A DNA stretch of 64,000 bases from Chloroflexota bacterium (GCA_034666965.1 JAXDKT010000161.1:5603-69602); one strand, 5' to 3'. Counted from the stretch's first letter, positions 7,701-16,542 are shown. Made by a program: numbers and translations. The notes: generated from the letters alone by a model not told the origin.

Positions 7701-10208
7701 GTGGCCGTCGTCGAGATCGGCGAGTCCGACGGCAAGGTGCGGCCGCATCTCGACACGACGTTCTGGGTCCCGGGCGATGTCCGCCGCGTGCTGTTCGACG
7801 AGCCGACCGGGATGGTCCACGTGCTGGGCACGGCGCCGGATGGCTCGGGCGACACGATCTACGTCGTGGAGCCGCACGCCAACGCGGTCTATGCCGATGC
7901 CCGCCTGCCGTTCGCGGCTGGAGCCTGGGCCCTCGATGCCGACGCGATGAACCCGAGCGGCGACCGCGAGGCGATCTTGGTCTCGTCCTCGGACGGGACC
8001 CTGGCGTCGGTCGATGCCGGTCAGCACGCCTTCGCCTGGCGCCTGCCCGGAGTGATCGCCGGGGCCCTGATGGCGGGGCTGATCTTCCTCCTGGTCCGGA
8101 CCCTGTTCCGCCGCCGCGACGTGGCGGTCCTGGCCGGGATCCTGGTGCTGGTCGACGGGATGCTCTTCGTCCAGAGCCGCATCGCGATGAATGATGTCTA
8201 CGTCGGGTTGTTCATCGTCGCCGCATATGCCCTGTTCGCGCCGCTGTGGACCGGTCGCTGGCGCAGCCCCTGGGCGTTCTGGGTCGTCCTGCCAGTGGTC
8301 GGGGTGCTGCTCGGCCTGGCCCTCGCCTCCAAATGGGTGGCGCTGTACGCCGTCGCCGGGATCGCCGTCCTCATCCTGGGCCGCTCGGCGCTGGGGCGGA
8401 TCGTCCTGATCCTGGGGTTCATCCTGGGAACGACCGTGCTGGGCCTCATGGCCATGGCGGTCCCGGCCGGGGCCCTCACCAGCGGTGGCAACCTTCTGTT
8501 CGTCGGGCTGATGGTCGCGCTGACGCTGGTCGCGGTCGTCGTCACGGTGCTCCACCCGATCGCCTGGTCGCTCGAGGAGACCCGCCTGGCCATCGTCGGG
8601 CCGGCGGCGCTCGGGATCCTGGTCTTTCTTGTTGCGGTGCCCCTCGGCCTGGCGTCGAAGCCGTTGACGCTCGGTCCTCTGACCGTGAACCCGATCGAAG
8701 TCGCCCTGACCCTGATCCTGGCCTCGGGCGGCGTCTGGCTGCTCATGCGCTTCGCCGGGCTGTGGGGCATCGGTCCACTGGCGCCTCGACCCGATCCGGA
8801 CGATCCGGTCCTTCTGGCCGATCCGCCGGCCCAGCCTCCGGAGGGCTGGCTCCGTCCGGGGGCCATGCTCGGCCTGCCGATCGTCTGGGCGGCCATCTGT
8901 CTGGTGGCCATCCCGCTGGCGGTTTACGTCGTGTCATACGTGCCCTGGGTCGCCCTCGGCAACCGGATCACCGACGGCTGGCCGCCGGGCAACACCGGCC
9001 AGACCCTGCTGGATCTGACCCGCTCGATGTACGACTATCACAACGGCCTCCGAGCGACCCATGCCGCCTCGTCGCCGTACTGGGCCTGGCCGTTCGACCT
9101 CAAGCCGGTCTGGTTCTACCAGGACAGCTTCGATGCCGGGACCGCCGGGGCGATCTATGACGCAGGCAACCTTGTGGCCTGGTGGCTGGCGGTCCCGGCG
9201 ATGGCCTTCGTCGCCTGGCAGGCATTCAAGCGCCGAAGCCTGGGCCTGGGCCTGATCTTCGTGGCCTTCGCGTTCCAGTGGATGCCCTGGGCCCGGATCG
9301 ACCGGGCCACGTTCCAGTACCACTACTACGCGGCGTTGCCGTTCGTGCTCATCGCCCTGGCCTACTTCCTGGCCGAGCTGCGCCACGGACCGTCGGCGCG
9401 GACCTGGGCCCTGGCTCGGCTGTCGGCGGCCCTGGCCGTGCTGGGTCCGGCCCTGCTGTGGCTGTTCAAGGGACCACTGTGCGCCTTCGTCAGGGTCGAG
9501 GCGGTGAACCCCGGATCGCAGGCGTGCGTGGCCACCGCGCCGGGCCAGATCGTCCTCACCTGGCGGTCGGCCGGGCTGGCCGGGGTCCTCCTGGTCGCCG
9601 GGGCGCTGGTCGTGGTCCAGCTGCTCCGCCTCGGGGCGCCGGAATCGTCACCGGGAGAGACCGGCCGACGGCTGGTCCGCTTGGCCCTGACCGCCGCGGC
9701 CGGGGTGGTCGGGCTGCTGCTTGCCGGCAGTCAGCTCAGCGACACTCCGATCCTGACCCAGGACGGCTTCCGGATCGAGCCGATTGCCCTGGTGGTGCTG
9801 GTCGGTCTGGCGCCGGTCGCCTGGGTCGTGGCCACGGCCCGGGACGTGCGTCGGTTCGTGGCCGGCGCGGTGCTGGCCTGCCTGGCCTGGTTCGTGATCT
9901 GGTATCCGAACCTGTCCGGCCTGCCCCTTCCAGCGACGATCGTGAACGCCTACCAGGGCTTGCTCCCGACCTATCTCTATGCGTTCCAGTTCCCGGTGAA
10001 CACGGATCCGGTGGTGCCGTTCCACCTGTTCGCCCCGGTCAAGGTGCTGGGCCTGGCCGTGCCCGGCGCACTGCTGCTGTTCGTCGCGCTGTTGATCACC
10101 TGCCTGGTCGTCGGCTACAGCGCCTGGACGTGGCGGGTCTCGCTCGCCGAACGCAAGCTCGCCGACCGCGATCCTGGCTCGGTCAGCCGGACCGGCCAGG
10201 CGGGCTAG
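4797..10208 (+). CDS. giant (about 1800 aa) polytopic GT-C glycosyltransferase fusion: N-terminal GT-C module plus PMT(GT39)-like protein O-mannosyltransferase module with a beta-propeller-like insertion
   Basis: Track ORF 4620..10208. Start trimmed to in-frame GTG 4797 so it does not overlap the divergent GT2 start; this is uncertain. N-module: FGVDRSTFQFWASDLAAHGPFGFYGRGFFVDYTPGYLYVLW plus many TM helices (PMT_2/DUF2029-like). From about codon 620: RMHFDEVYHARTATEFL ... EFTHPHLAKYVIALGL (PMT loop-1 DE motif). A 350-aa beta-rich repeat region follows, then PMT core TMs (RIAMNDVYVGLF) and a C-terminal HNGLRATHAASSPYWAWPFDLKPVWFYQD block (PMT 4TMC-like). Confidence 0.75.
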   Translation: MPDRGSAAPRRSFEAAGALLAILILGLAFRLIIAYVLLPGSGFGVDRSTFQFWASDLAAHGPFGFYGRGFFVDYTPGYLYVLWLVGIVGNALGVIGDLIKLPAIVGDVALAWLIHSFVRELGGSRRAALIGAILFLVNPVTWFDSAIWAQVDSVGVVFLLLGLRDLWRHRPERASLFAVVAAIVKPQLGILVPIIAVVLLRRHVYEWLRPPVAASAGGGRSTDLSPARPRGDPWFDRLGTGPIRLLTSAGIGLLSAIGLCLPFGLSPVGLLDLVARAAGGYPYVTVNAYNPWALLSHDGNGLAQNGQWLRDVAGDQTGQAATLLAGIPAVYIGTALLLTAIAVVVIVVARWARPTLLTLDGVGRRIAVVTDERRLLVVALTVLALVFFVLPTRVHERYLYPAFALGAILAASSLRWRIAYVVLALASFANLYAILLTPFYENPGIKDWLGIGDAIRSPLGVTLVVAAHVMVLVWAATELRPAAIRRLDLETLRDALRERAREDGSPADTEPASRGPEAGARLRDLEGARSGDPAAIGSGPVVMGALRPDSQPAGQSGGLPLPFGLGAVRARLSDRSRSLHGEGGGRLDRLDVWLVIVIVVASLVLRTFRLSEPYRMHFDEVYHARTATEFLQDWRYGQPHDIYEFTHPHLAKYVIALGLIVAGDDRVTAQRSLGTATRDVLVEPRWLDPSLPGGRAGERFYAAGGDRLTAYDLVGRQEIASWPVPGASALALDPVAHRVLVGTDGGALLALDTTAELDQLRAGGSGSGSGSPAAELGGPTALAEVGAPIVRMAITDDGTGLALVTGGGEVVSVDPGSGAVLARTPIEGAADVVDGGLGNGLTADPTSVTDPAAAAGVLAGITGGDRADYQARLAKAATGDAGELVVLAGFPDDQRAPIDAAIADGRLTGFTVTPLPRIAVTGSNGLSFVSPATGEVVDTIELDAAGRGVAKVTGIDKPTVYVALADRRVAVVEIGESDGKVRPHLDTTFWVPGDVRRVLFDEPTGMVHVLGTAPDGSGDTIYVVEPHANAVYADARLPFAAGAWALDADAMNPSGDREAILVSSSDGTLASVDAGQHAFAWRLPGVIAGALMAGLIFLLVRTLFRRRDVAVLAGILVLVDGMLFVQSRIAMNDVYVGLFIVAAYALFAPLWTGRWRSPWAFWVVLPVVGVLLGLALASKWVALYAVAGIAVLILGRSALGRIVLILGFILGTTVLGLMAMAVPAGALTSGGNLLFVGLMVALTLVAVVVTVLHPIAWSLEETRLAIVGPAALGILVFLVAVPLGLASKPLTLGPLTVNPIEVALTLILASGGVWLLMRFAGLWGIGPLAPRPDPDDPVLLADPPAQPPEGWLRPGAMLGLPIVWAAICLVAIPLAVYVVSYVPWVALGNRITDGWPPGNTGQTLLDLTRSMYDYHNGLRATHAASSPYWAWPFDLKPVWFYQDSFDAGTAGAIYDAGNLVAWWLAVPAMAFVAWQAFKRRSLGLGLIFVAFAFQWMPWARIDRATFQYHYYAALPFVLIALAYFLAELRHGPSARTWALARLSAALAVLGPALLWLFKGPLCAFVRVEAVNPGSQACVATAPGQIVLTWRSAGLAGVLLVAGALVVVQLLRLGAPESSPGETGRRLVRLALTAAAGVVGLLLAGSQLSDTPILTQDGFRIEPIALVVLVGLAPVAWVVATARDVRRFVAGAVLACLAWFVIWYPNLSGLPLPATIVNAYQGLLPTYLYAFQFPVNTDPVVPFHLFAPVKVLGLAVPGALLLFVALLITCLVVGYSAWTWRVSLAERKLADRDPGSVSRTGQAG

Positions 10209-11422
10209 GCCGGCGCCAGGGGATCGGGCTCGACGGCCTCCGTCGTCGAGCTGACGACCCGCGGCGACGGCGGGACCTCGGCGCGGAAGTCCGGAGGGAG
10301 CGCGCCCTGGGCCGCGAGGCGACGGATGACGAAGCCGTAGTAGGTCTCGACCCGATCGGTGATCCGCTCCCAGCTGAATGCTTCGGCACGCTCCCGGCCG
10401 CTCTCGCTCATCTGCTCGCGGAGGGCGTCGTCGACGAGCAGCCGGCCGATGGCCGAGGCCAGCTCGCGCGGCTCGCCGGGCGGGACCAGGAGGCCCTGCT
10501 CTCCGCGCCGGACCACCCCCTTGTAGCCGTGGATATCCGAGGCCACGATCGGCGCGCCGGCCGCCATCGCCTCGAGCAGGACGATCCCGAACGACTCGCG
10601 CCCCGTGGCCGGCGCGACGAACACGTCCGCGGTGCGGAACAGCTGGGCCTTCTCGGCGTCGGTCACCCGACCCAGGAACTCGACCCCCGCCAGGCGGCGG
10701 GTCAGCACGTAGCGCCGTGCCTCGCGCTCCTGCGGACCCGAGCCGACGACCAACAGCCGGCAGGCGCAGCCGGTCTTGCGCAGGATCCGGTAGGCCTTGA
10801 GCAGGTCGAGCAGGCCCTTGCGCGGCTCATGGCGGCCGAGGAAGAGCAGGTTGCGGGTGCCGTCCTGCCAGCGCGCGATGGGCACCGCCTTGCGGTAGCG
10901 GTCCACATCGACCCCGTTGGGGATGACCTTGTAGTCGCCCGGGACGAAGCGATCGATGAAATGGCGGGCAGCCGCGCTGACCGCGATCCGGCCGTGAAGC
11001 AGGCGGGCATGGCCCTGCATCACCCGCGCCCCGAACTCGTACGACAGCGAGAACCCGGCGTAGGCGTGGAACGTGGCCACATTCACGCTCCGCGACCGGC
11101 GCAGGAGGATGAGCGACAGGAAGGGCACGAAGGGCTCGTGGAAGTGGAGCACGTCGAAGCGTTCGCGCTCGAGCATGTCGTCGACCAGGCTGACGTAGCG
11201 GGGCGAGACGGTGACCGTCCCGACGGACCCGTTCATGGGCACGCTGAAGCCCTTGCCCAGGCGGATCACGTCACCCTCCGAGGCGCGCTGCAGCCCGTGG
11301 CTGCTGCTGATGATGCGCACGTCATGGCCGTGCAGGCGGAGGTTCTCGTAGAGATATCGGACGTGCTCGTTGACGCCGCCCGGGACCGGGTAGACGTAGG
11401 GCGTGACGAGGCCGATCTTCAC
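10205..11422 (-). CDS. pimA: GT4 phosphatidylinositol alpha-mannosyltransferase PimA-like
   Basis: MKIGLVTPYVYPVPGGVNEHV, GRHEPRKGLLDLL, ESFGIVLLEAMAAGAPIVASDIHGY. These align closely with mycobacterial PimA N-terminal, EX7E-region and C-terminal motifs. It is the last gene of the PI/PIM operon. Confidence 0.85.
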   Translation of the reverse strand: MKIGLVTPYVYPVPGGVNEHVRYLYENLRLHGHDVRIISSSHGLQRASEGDVIRLGKGFSVPMNGSVGTVTVSPRYVSLVDDMLERERFDVLHFHEPFVPFLSLILLRRSRSVNVATFHAYAGFSLSYEFGARVMQGHARLLHGRIAVSAAARHFIDRFVPGDYKVIPNGVDVDRYRKAVPIARWQDGTRNLLFLGRHEPRKGLLDLLKAYRILRKTGCACRLLVVGSGPQEREARRYVLTRRLAGVEFLGRVTDAEKAQLFRTADVFVAPATGRESFGIVLLEAMAAGAPIVASDIHGYKGVVRRGEQGLLVPPGEPRELASAIGRLLVDDALREQMSESGRERAEAFSWERITDRVETYYGFVIRRLAAQGALPPDFRAEVPPSPRVVSSTTEAVEPDPLAPA

Positions 11423-12240
11423 GTCTCCACCTCGGGCTCGACCGGCCGATCGCTTCTCGGCGCGTAGCGTGGCGGACGGGACCGGCCGCCCGGATAGCCG
11501 TGGTCCCGACCGGTGCCATCCCCCCGGACGCGGCCGCCGAACTCGTCGCGGACGTCCCGGCCACGCTTCCGGAGCTGCCGGCCGAACACCGCCAGCTGGC
11601 TGCCGGTCGGATGGGCGACACCGTGCCAGCGGGTCTGCCCCGCGAGGATCGCAACCCGCAGATCGTCCGCGCTGCGGCCCGGGAAGGTGGTGTAGCCCTG
11701 CCCGATCGACTCCAGGGCATGAGCGTCACTGGAGCCGATGCCGGCCAGGCCGTTGGCCGCGATGAACTCGGCGACCCGCCGACCGGCACGCCCCAGGGCG
11801 GTCGGGTTGAACGCCTCCAGCCCATCGGGATGGACCGCGCGGTCGGGATCCGCCAGGAGTCGGCGGAGGACCGGCGCCTGGGCGCACAGCGGGTAGGGGA
11901 AGAGAGGATGGGCTGGGATCGCCAGCCCGCCCTGGTCATGGATTGCGGCGATCGTGTTGCGGAGCGACCGCCAGGGCCGGATCCGCTCGGTCAGGAACAG
12001 CCCGAGCAGGTGGCCGCCCAGGGTCGAGATCTCCTCGCCGACGATGACCTCCAGCTCCAAACCCCGATCCTGAGCCAGCTCGCGCGCCGCGAGCGCCGAG
12101 TCGATCCGCTCGTGATCGGTCAGGGCGATGACATCGAGGCCGGCCGGCCCGGCGGCGCGCTCGAGGATCTCGATCACGCTGGCCGTCCCGTCGGAGGCAA
12201 GCGAATGGATGTGCAGGTCGGCGCGTCCTTCGGAGGTCAC
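11419..12240 (-). CDS. PHP-domain metal-dependent phosphoesterase
   Basis: ADLHIHSLASDG ... DVIALTDHE ... AIPAHP ... SSDAH: the PHP His/Asp motif set. GTG start at 12240 overlaps the upstream acyltransferase stop by 4 nt (GTGA). The 3' end overlaps the pimA start by 4 nt. Low-complexity Arg/Gly C-tail. Confidence 0.7.
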   Translation of the reverse strand: MTSEGRADLHIHSLASDGTASVIEILERAAGPAGLDVIALTDHERIDSALAARELAQDRGLELEVIVGEEISTLGGHLLGLFLTERIRPWRSLRNTIAAIHDQGGLAIPAHPLFPYPLCAQAPVLRRLLADPDRAVHPDGLEAFNPTALGRAGRRVAEFIAANGLAGIGSSDAHALESIGQGYTTFPGRSADDLRVAILAGQTRWHGVAHPTGSQLAVFGRQLRKRGRDVRDEFGGRVRGDGTGRDHGYPGGRSRPPRYAPRSDRPVEPEVET

Positions 12241-13247
12241 CGCCCGGACCCCGTCTCGAGGTCGGGCCAGATCGGGAAGAACGCCCCGAACCACTGCTCC
12301 GGCGCCCGGGCGATCGCGAGCTCGAACAGGCGCGCCTCCTCGGCGACGAAGGCCGTGACCCGCTCGCGCCGCGAACCGGCCGTCGGCACCGCCAGCGGGT
12401 CCAGGCGACCCACGTAGCGGCCGCCCGGCAGCCGCCGGACCGAGGTGAGGTACGCCGGCGCGCCGGTCTCGATGGCGATTAGCGCGGGCCCCAGCGGGAT
12501 CGAGGCCGGTGCCCCGAACAGGGACGCGCCGATCCCGCCACCGGTCAGGTCCCGGTCGCCGACGAGCCCCACCGGCTCGCCCCGGGCCAGGGCCGCCATA
12601 AGCTCTCGGCGCGCCTCGCGCAGGCCGACGATGCGGATCCCGAGGCTGCCCCGGGTCCGCTCGAGGTAGTCCTGCAAGGCGGGGTCGCCGATCGTCTCCA
12701 TCGGCGTCGTGAGGGGCCGGTCGGCATGGACCGCCGCGACGTACGCCTGGAGCTCGATGGCCCCATAGTGGAGGCCGATGAAGATCCGCGGCCCCGCCTC
12801 GGCGAAGGCCGCTGCAAAGGCCTCCGGCGTCTCCACCGTGAGCCGCTCGGCAAGGTAGGCCGGCCGGAGCGCGGGTGCCCGGGCCACGTCCAGGTAATAG
12901 CGGGCGTACTGCCGGAAGGCCGCTCGGACGAGTCGTTCGAGGGCCCGTGGATCATCCGCCGCCGCCCGCGTCCGCGCGTCGGCCAGTCCCTCCGCGGTCA
13001 ACCAGCTGACGACTCGGCCGAGGTTGCGGCGGGCCTGGGCGGCGCGTCGTCGATCGGTTCGGTACCAGACCTCGCCGGCCAGCTCGGCCAGCTCGCGCAG
13101 CGGGGCCTCGGGCAGACGGCAGGCCAGTCCCGAGGCACGGGCCACGAGCCCGGCCACCAGGCGTTGGCGGAAGCTGCCCCGCGCCCGGATCGGGGCCATC
13201 GCCGCCGGCCGGGCGGTCTCGTCGGGCGCGGTCGCCATGCGGCTCAT
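12237..13247 (-). CDS. LPLAT (HtrB/LpxL/PatA family) lipid acyltransferase, second tandem copy
   Basis: The 710-aa track ORF was trimmed to ATG 13247, which overlaps the upstream stop as ATGA. The upstream 374 codons are Arg/Gly junk overlapping the neighbouring gene. Residual protein: WYRTDRRRAAQARRNLGRV ... IFIGLHYGAIELQA ... GDRDLTGGG ... FGAPASIPLGPALIAIETGAP: lauroyl/myristoyl-acyltransferase family signatures. Confidence 0.75.
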   Translation of the reverse strand: MSRMATAPDETARPAAMAPIRARGSFRQRLVAGLVARASGLACRLPEAPLRELAELAGEVWYRTDRRRAAQARRNLGRVVSWLTAEGLADARTRAAADDPRALERLVRAAFRQYARYYLDVARAPALRPAYLAERLTVETPEAFAAAFAEAGPRIFIGLHYGAIELQAYVAAVHADRPLTTPMETIGDPALQDYLERTRGSLGIRIVGLREARRELMAALARGEPVGLVGDRDLTGGGIGASLFGAPASIPLGPALIAIETGAPAYLTSVRRLPGGRYVGRLDPLAVPTAGSRRERVTAFVAEEARLFELAIARAPEQWFGAFFPIWPDLETGSGR

Positions 13248-14272
13248 CGGGCCGGCCGGCCGGCCGCCATCTGTGCCGCGCGCGCCTCGAGGGCCGTTCG
13301 CTCGGCCTCGGTCTCCGGCCACATCGGCTTGAAGCTGTACCACTGGTCCGGGGCTGCGGCGATCACCCGTCCCAGTGCGTCGGCGATCTCCTGGGTCGCG
13401 CGGAGCACCTCCGCCGGCTCGGTCGAGGCCACCCGGATGGGCGCGTCCGTGGTCGCATGGAAGCGCCCGTCGGGCAGGCGTCGGGCAACCACCGGCAGGA
13501 TGACGGCACCGGTCTTGCCGGCCAGGGTGGCGGGACCCGCGGGCAGGGTCGTCCAGGCCCCGAACAGGCGCACCGGGACGTCTCCGGGCCGGTATCCCCA
13601 GTCGACCAGGAGGGCCAGCATCTCGCGCCGCTTGAGCACGCCGTACACCTCGCGCAAATTGCGCCACGGGATGACGGTCGCGCCCCAACGGGCGCGCTCC
13701 TCGCGCAGCCGCTCGAACAGCCCGGGAAAGGTCGAGTCGTCGGCCACGCCCGACAGTGGCCAGCCGCGCCACCCGATCCCGGCGGCGATCGCCTCGTTGT
13801 TGCCGACGTGGCCGGCGGCGAAGATCACCCCGTCCGATTGGCGCCAGACCTCCTCGACGTGGTCGATCCCGGCCGGATCCAGCAGCGCCCCGGCCGCCTC
13901 GGCACTCAGCGACGGGAGACGCATCAGCTCGACCAGATAGCGGGCGTAGCTGCGATAGGCGCGGAGCGCCATCCGGCGCACCGCCGGATCGTCGGGCGGG
14001 AGCCCCAGGACGTGACCGAAGTTCTGGTTCGACCAGCGTCGCTTCGAGGGCCACAGCAGGTACGACGCCTGGACGAACCAGCCGACCACGGTTGCGGCCG
14101 GACCGGCCGGCAGGCGGGCGAAGATCCACTCCGCCGCCCGGTAGCCTGCGACGGCGGTCGTGTCGAGCACCCGCCCGGTACCGGCCACGCGGCGATGAGG
14201 GGCCTCGAGCGATCGCCTCCGGCTCGGGGGGATCGGCTCGCTCGTCGCGGGTCGATCCGGCGCAGACGTCAC
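13244..14272 (-). CDS. LPLAT (PatA-like) phosphatidylinositol-mannoside acyltransferase, first tandem copy
   Basis: [17 protein letters not shown] ... [17 protein letters not shown] ... [35 protein letters not shown]: HtrB-family motifs. Sits between ino1 and pimA as patA does in mycobacteria. Confidence 0.8.
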   Translation of the reverse strand: MTSAPDRPATSEPIPPSRRRSLEAPHRRVAGTGRVLDTTAVAGYRAAEWIFARLPAGPAATVVGWFVQASYLLWPSKRRWSNQNFGHVLGLPPDDPAVRRMALRAYRSYARYLVELMRLPSLSAEAAGALLDPAGIDHVEEVWRQSDGVIFAAGHVGNNEAIAAGIGWRGWPLSGVADDSTFPGLFERLREERARWGATVIPWRNLREVYGVLKRREMLALLVDWGYRPGDVPVRLFGAWTTLPAGPATLAGKTGAVILPVVARRLPDGRFHATTDAPIRVASTEPAEVLRATQEIADALGRVIAAAPDQWYSFKPMWPETEAERTALEARAAQMAAGRPAR

Positions 14273-15513
14273 TGGGTCCCGGCCGCCACCTTCGCCTTGG
14301 TCCCCGCCAGGCGCTTGAGCGCCCGCCTGCCCGGTGCCTCGGTCCCGACCAGGGTCTCGTCGTCGTCACCCCGGATGAAGGCCTCGACCCGGTTGTACGC
14401 CACGTCGTCGTGGATCTGGATCGGTGGGCTCTTCATGAAGTAGCTCGACGGCGCGACGAGGGTCCCCTTGAGACCGCGGTCGAGTCCCAGCTTCAGGCAG
14501 CGGATCGCATCGGTGATGACCCCGGCGCTGTTGGGGCTGTCCCAGACCTCGAGCTTGAGCTCAGCGTTGAGGGGCACGTCGCCGAACGTCGTGCCCTCCA
14601 TCCGGATGTAGCACCACTTCCGGTCGAGCAGCCAGGGAACGTGGTCGCTCGGTCCGACGTGGACGTCGTCCGGATCCATCTCGTAGTCGAGCATGCTCGT
14701 GACGGCGTTGGTCTTGGAGATCTTCTTGGACTCGAGTCGTTCTCGCTCGAGCATGTTGAGAAAGTCGGTGTTGCCGCCGAAGTTGAGCTGGTAGGTCCGG
14801 TCGAGGCGGACCCCCCGGTCCATGAACAGGCGGGTGAGGACGCGGTGGCTGATCGTGGCACCGACCTGGCTCTTGATGTCGTCGCCGATGATCGGCAGAC
14901 CCTCGTCGGCGAAGCGGCGCTGCCAGTACGGCTCGCGGCCGATGAACACCGGGATGGCATTGACGAACGCGACGCCGGCCCGGAGGGCCTGCTCGACGTA
15001 CCACTTGGTGGCCTCTTCACTGCCGACCGGCAGGTACGAGACCATCACGTCGACCTCGCGCTCCTTGAGGATGCCGACCACGTCGGCGGTCGGGCCGGGC
15101 GCCTTCTCGATGATCTGGCTGAGGTACTTGCCCAGGCCGTCGTGGGTCATCCCCCGGTCGACCTTCACGCCCATGGGGGGCACGTGCTGGAAGACGTAGG
15201 TGTTGTTGGGCTTCTGGTAGATGGCCTCGGAGAGGTCCTTGCCCACCTTGTTCTTGTCGATGTCGAACGCGGCCACGTACTCGATGTCGCGGACGTGGTA
15301 GCCGCCCAGGTCGACGTGCATCAGACCCGGGACGAAGTCGTCCGTCCCGGCGTTCTCGTAGTAGTAGCGCCCCTGGATGAGGCTGCTGGCGCAGTTGCCG
15401 ACGCCCACGATCGCGACCCGGATCCTGCCGTCCTTGCGCGCCCCACCCGCGGTCGGCTTGGCGCCGTTCGCCGCCTGGGTCCCGTTCGTGCCGTTCTTCC
15501 CGGTCTTGGCCAC
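14269..15513 (-). CDS. ino1: myo-inositol-1-phosphate (inositol-3-phosphate) synthase
   Basis: [18 protein letters not shown] (NAD Rossmann), [47 protein letters not shown]. Full-length 414 aa, Ino1 family. Confidence 0.9.
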   Translation of the reverse strand: MAKTGKNGTNGTQAANGAKPTAGGARKDGRIRVAIVGVGNCASSLIQGRYYYENAGTDDFVPGLMHVDLGGYHVRDIEYVAAFDIDKNKVGKDLSEAIYQKPNNTYVFQHVPPMGVKVDRGMTHDGLGKYLSQIIEKAPGPTADVVGILKEREVDVMVSYLPVGSEEATKWYVEQALRAGVAFVNAIPVFIGREPYWQRRFADEGLPIIGDDIKSQVGATISHRVLTRLFMDRGVRLDRTYQLNFGGNTDFLNMLERERLESKKISKTNAVTSMLDYEMDPDDVHVGPSDHVPWLLDRKWCYIRMEGTTFGDVPLNAELKLEVWDSPNSAGVITDAIRCLKLGLDRGLKGTLVAPSSYFMKSPPIQIHDDVAYNRVEAFIRGDDDETLVGTEAPGRRALKRLAGTKAKVAAGTQ

Positions 15514-15523
15514 CTGCTGTCTC

Positions 15524-16234
15524 CTACTTCCCGTCGCTCGCGACGGCCTGCTGCCTGACGTGGAGGATGCGTTGGATGACGGTGATCGTGGCGCCCAGGG
15601 CGATGATCCCCAGGGCGAGCTGGAGGATCACGATGCCCACCGGTACCGCGCCGGCGCCGGCCCCCAGGCCGGCACCGCCGCCGGTCCCCGAGATCCCGGC
15701 GAGGATGAGTCCGAGCGAGAGGACGATCAGGCGGACTTCGCGGGGCATCAATCCGACGGCGGCCATGCCCGTCCCCGTGGTGAACCCGAGACCTTCCGAC
15801 CTGGCCCTCGTGTAGCTGACCATGAACGCCGATCCCATCGCGGCCGCCGCCAGCACCGGGCCAGCCGCGTTCCCGCCGGCTTGAGCCAGGCCGGCGGCGA
15901 CCCCGACGTACACGAGCGCCTCGCCCCAGCGATCGAAGACCGAGTCCATGAACGCGCCGAGGTTGGAGACCTTGCCCGTCGCCCGGGCGAGGGTACCGTC
16001 GAACATGTCGAAGACCCCGCCGAGGAAGACGACGATCCCGCCGATCAGCCACTGCTGCAGGCCCAGCAGGATCGCCCCGACGACGGTGATCGCGAAGCCG
16101 ATCAGGGTCAGGCCGTTGGGGGTCAGGCCCAGCCGGCCGAGGAACAGGGCGACGGGCTCGGCCAGCGTCCTGACCCGGGCCCGGGTGCCGGGACTGACCA
16201 GCGAACCGCGGCCGGACGGCCTCGTCGCGCTCAT
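15524..16234 (-). CDS. pgsA: CDP-alcohol phosphatidyltransferase, phosphatidylinositol(-phosphate) synthase PgsA1-like
   Basis: [12 protein letters not shown] ... [10 protein letters not shown] (D-x2-DG-x2-AR...G-x3-D-x3-D motif). Five or six TM helices. The ATG at 16234 overlaps the regulator stop by 4 nt. Confidence 0.85.
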   Translation of the reverse strand: MSATRPSGRGSLVSPGTRARVRTLAEPVALFLGRLGLTPNGLTLIGFAITVVGAILLGLQQWLIGGIVVFLGGVFDMFDGTLARATGKVSNLGAFMDSVFDRWGEALVYVGVAAGLAQAGGNAAGPVLAAAAMGSAFMVSYTRARSEGLGFTTGTGMAAVGLMPREVRLIVLSLGLILAGISGTGGGAGLGAGAGAVPVGIVILQLALGIIALGATITVIQRILHVRQQAVASDGK

Positions 16235-16542
16235 CCAGCCGGCTCCTCCGTTGCCGGGCCAGGGGACCGCGGCAGGCCCAGCCCGAGCAGCGCCCGCTCT
16301 CTCGCAAGGGCCTCGTCGAATGCCTCGGGCCGGAGGCTGCAGAGCGTCTCCCGGCCGCTGCGCCGGGTGGTCACGATGCCCGCCGCCCGGAGCTTGCCCA
16401 GGTGCCAGCTGACCAGGGGCTGCGACAGCCCGACGTGCTCGATCAGTTCGGTCACGCTGGCAGCCCCGGTCGACAGGCGCCGGACGATCCGGAGCCGGTT
16501 GACGTCGGCCAGGGCGCGGTGGAACAGGCGGATCTCGCGCAG
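16231..16542 (-). CDS. ArsR/SmtB-family HTH transcriptional regulator (start uncertain)
   Basis: The track gives only 74 aa from an internal GTG. The upstream in-frame translation continues LREIRLFHRALADVNRLRIVRRLSTGAASVTELIEHVGLSQPLVSWHLGKL, a complete ArsR wHTH. The open frame reaches about 16650 with no canonical ATG/GTG, so the start may be non-canonical or leaderless near the TATA element. Confidence 0.55.
   Translation of the reverse strand: MREIRLFHRALADVNRLRIVRRLSTGAASVTELIEHVGLSQPLVSWHLGKLRAAGIVTTRRSGRETLCSLRPEAFDEALARERALLGLGLPRSPGPATEEPAG

Noticed and set aside
12237-14369. The 710-aa ORF treated as a single gene
   Set aside because: Its first 374 codons overlap the upstream PatA-like gene (13244..14272) in another frame and are RG-rich junk. 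An ATG at 13247 forms an ATGA overlap with that gene's stop and begins the genuine acyltransferase sequence.
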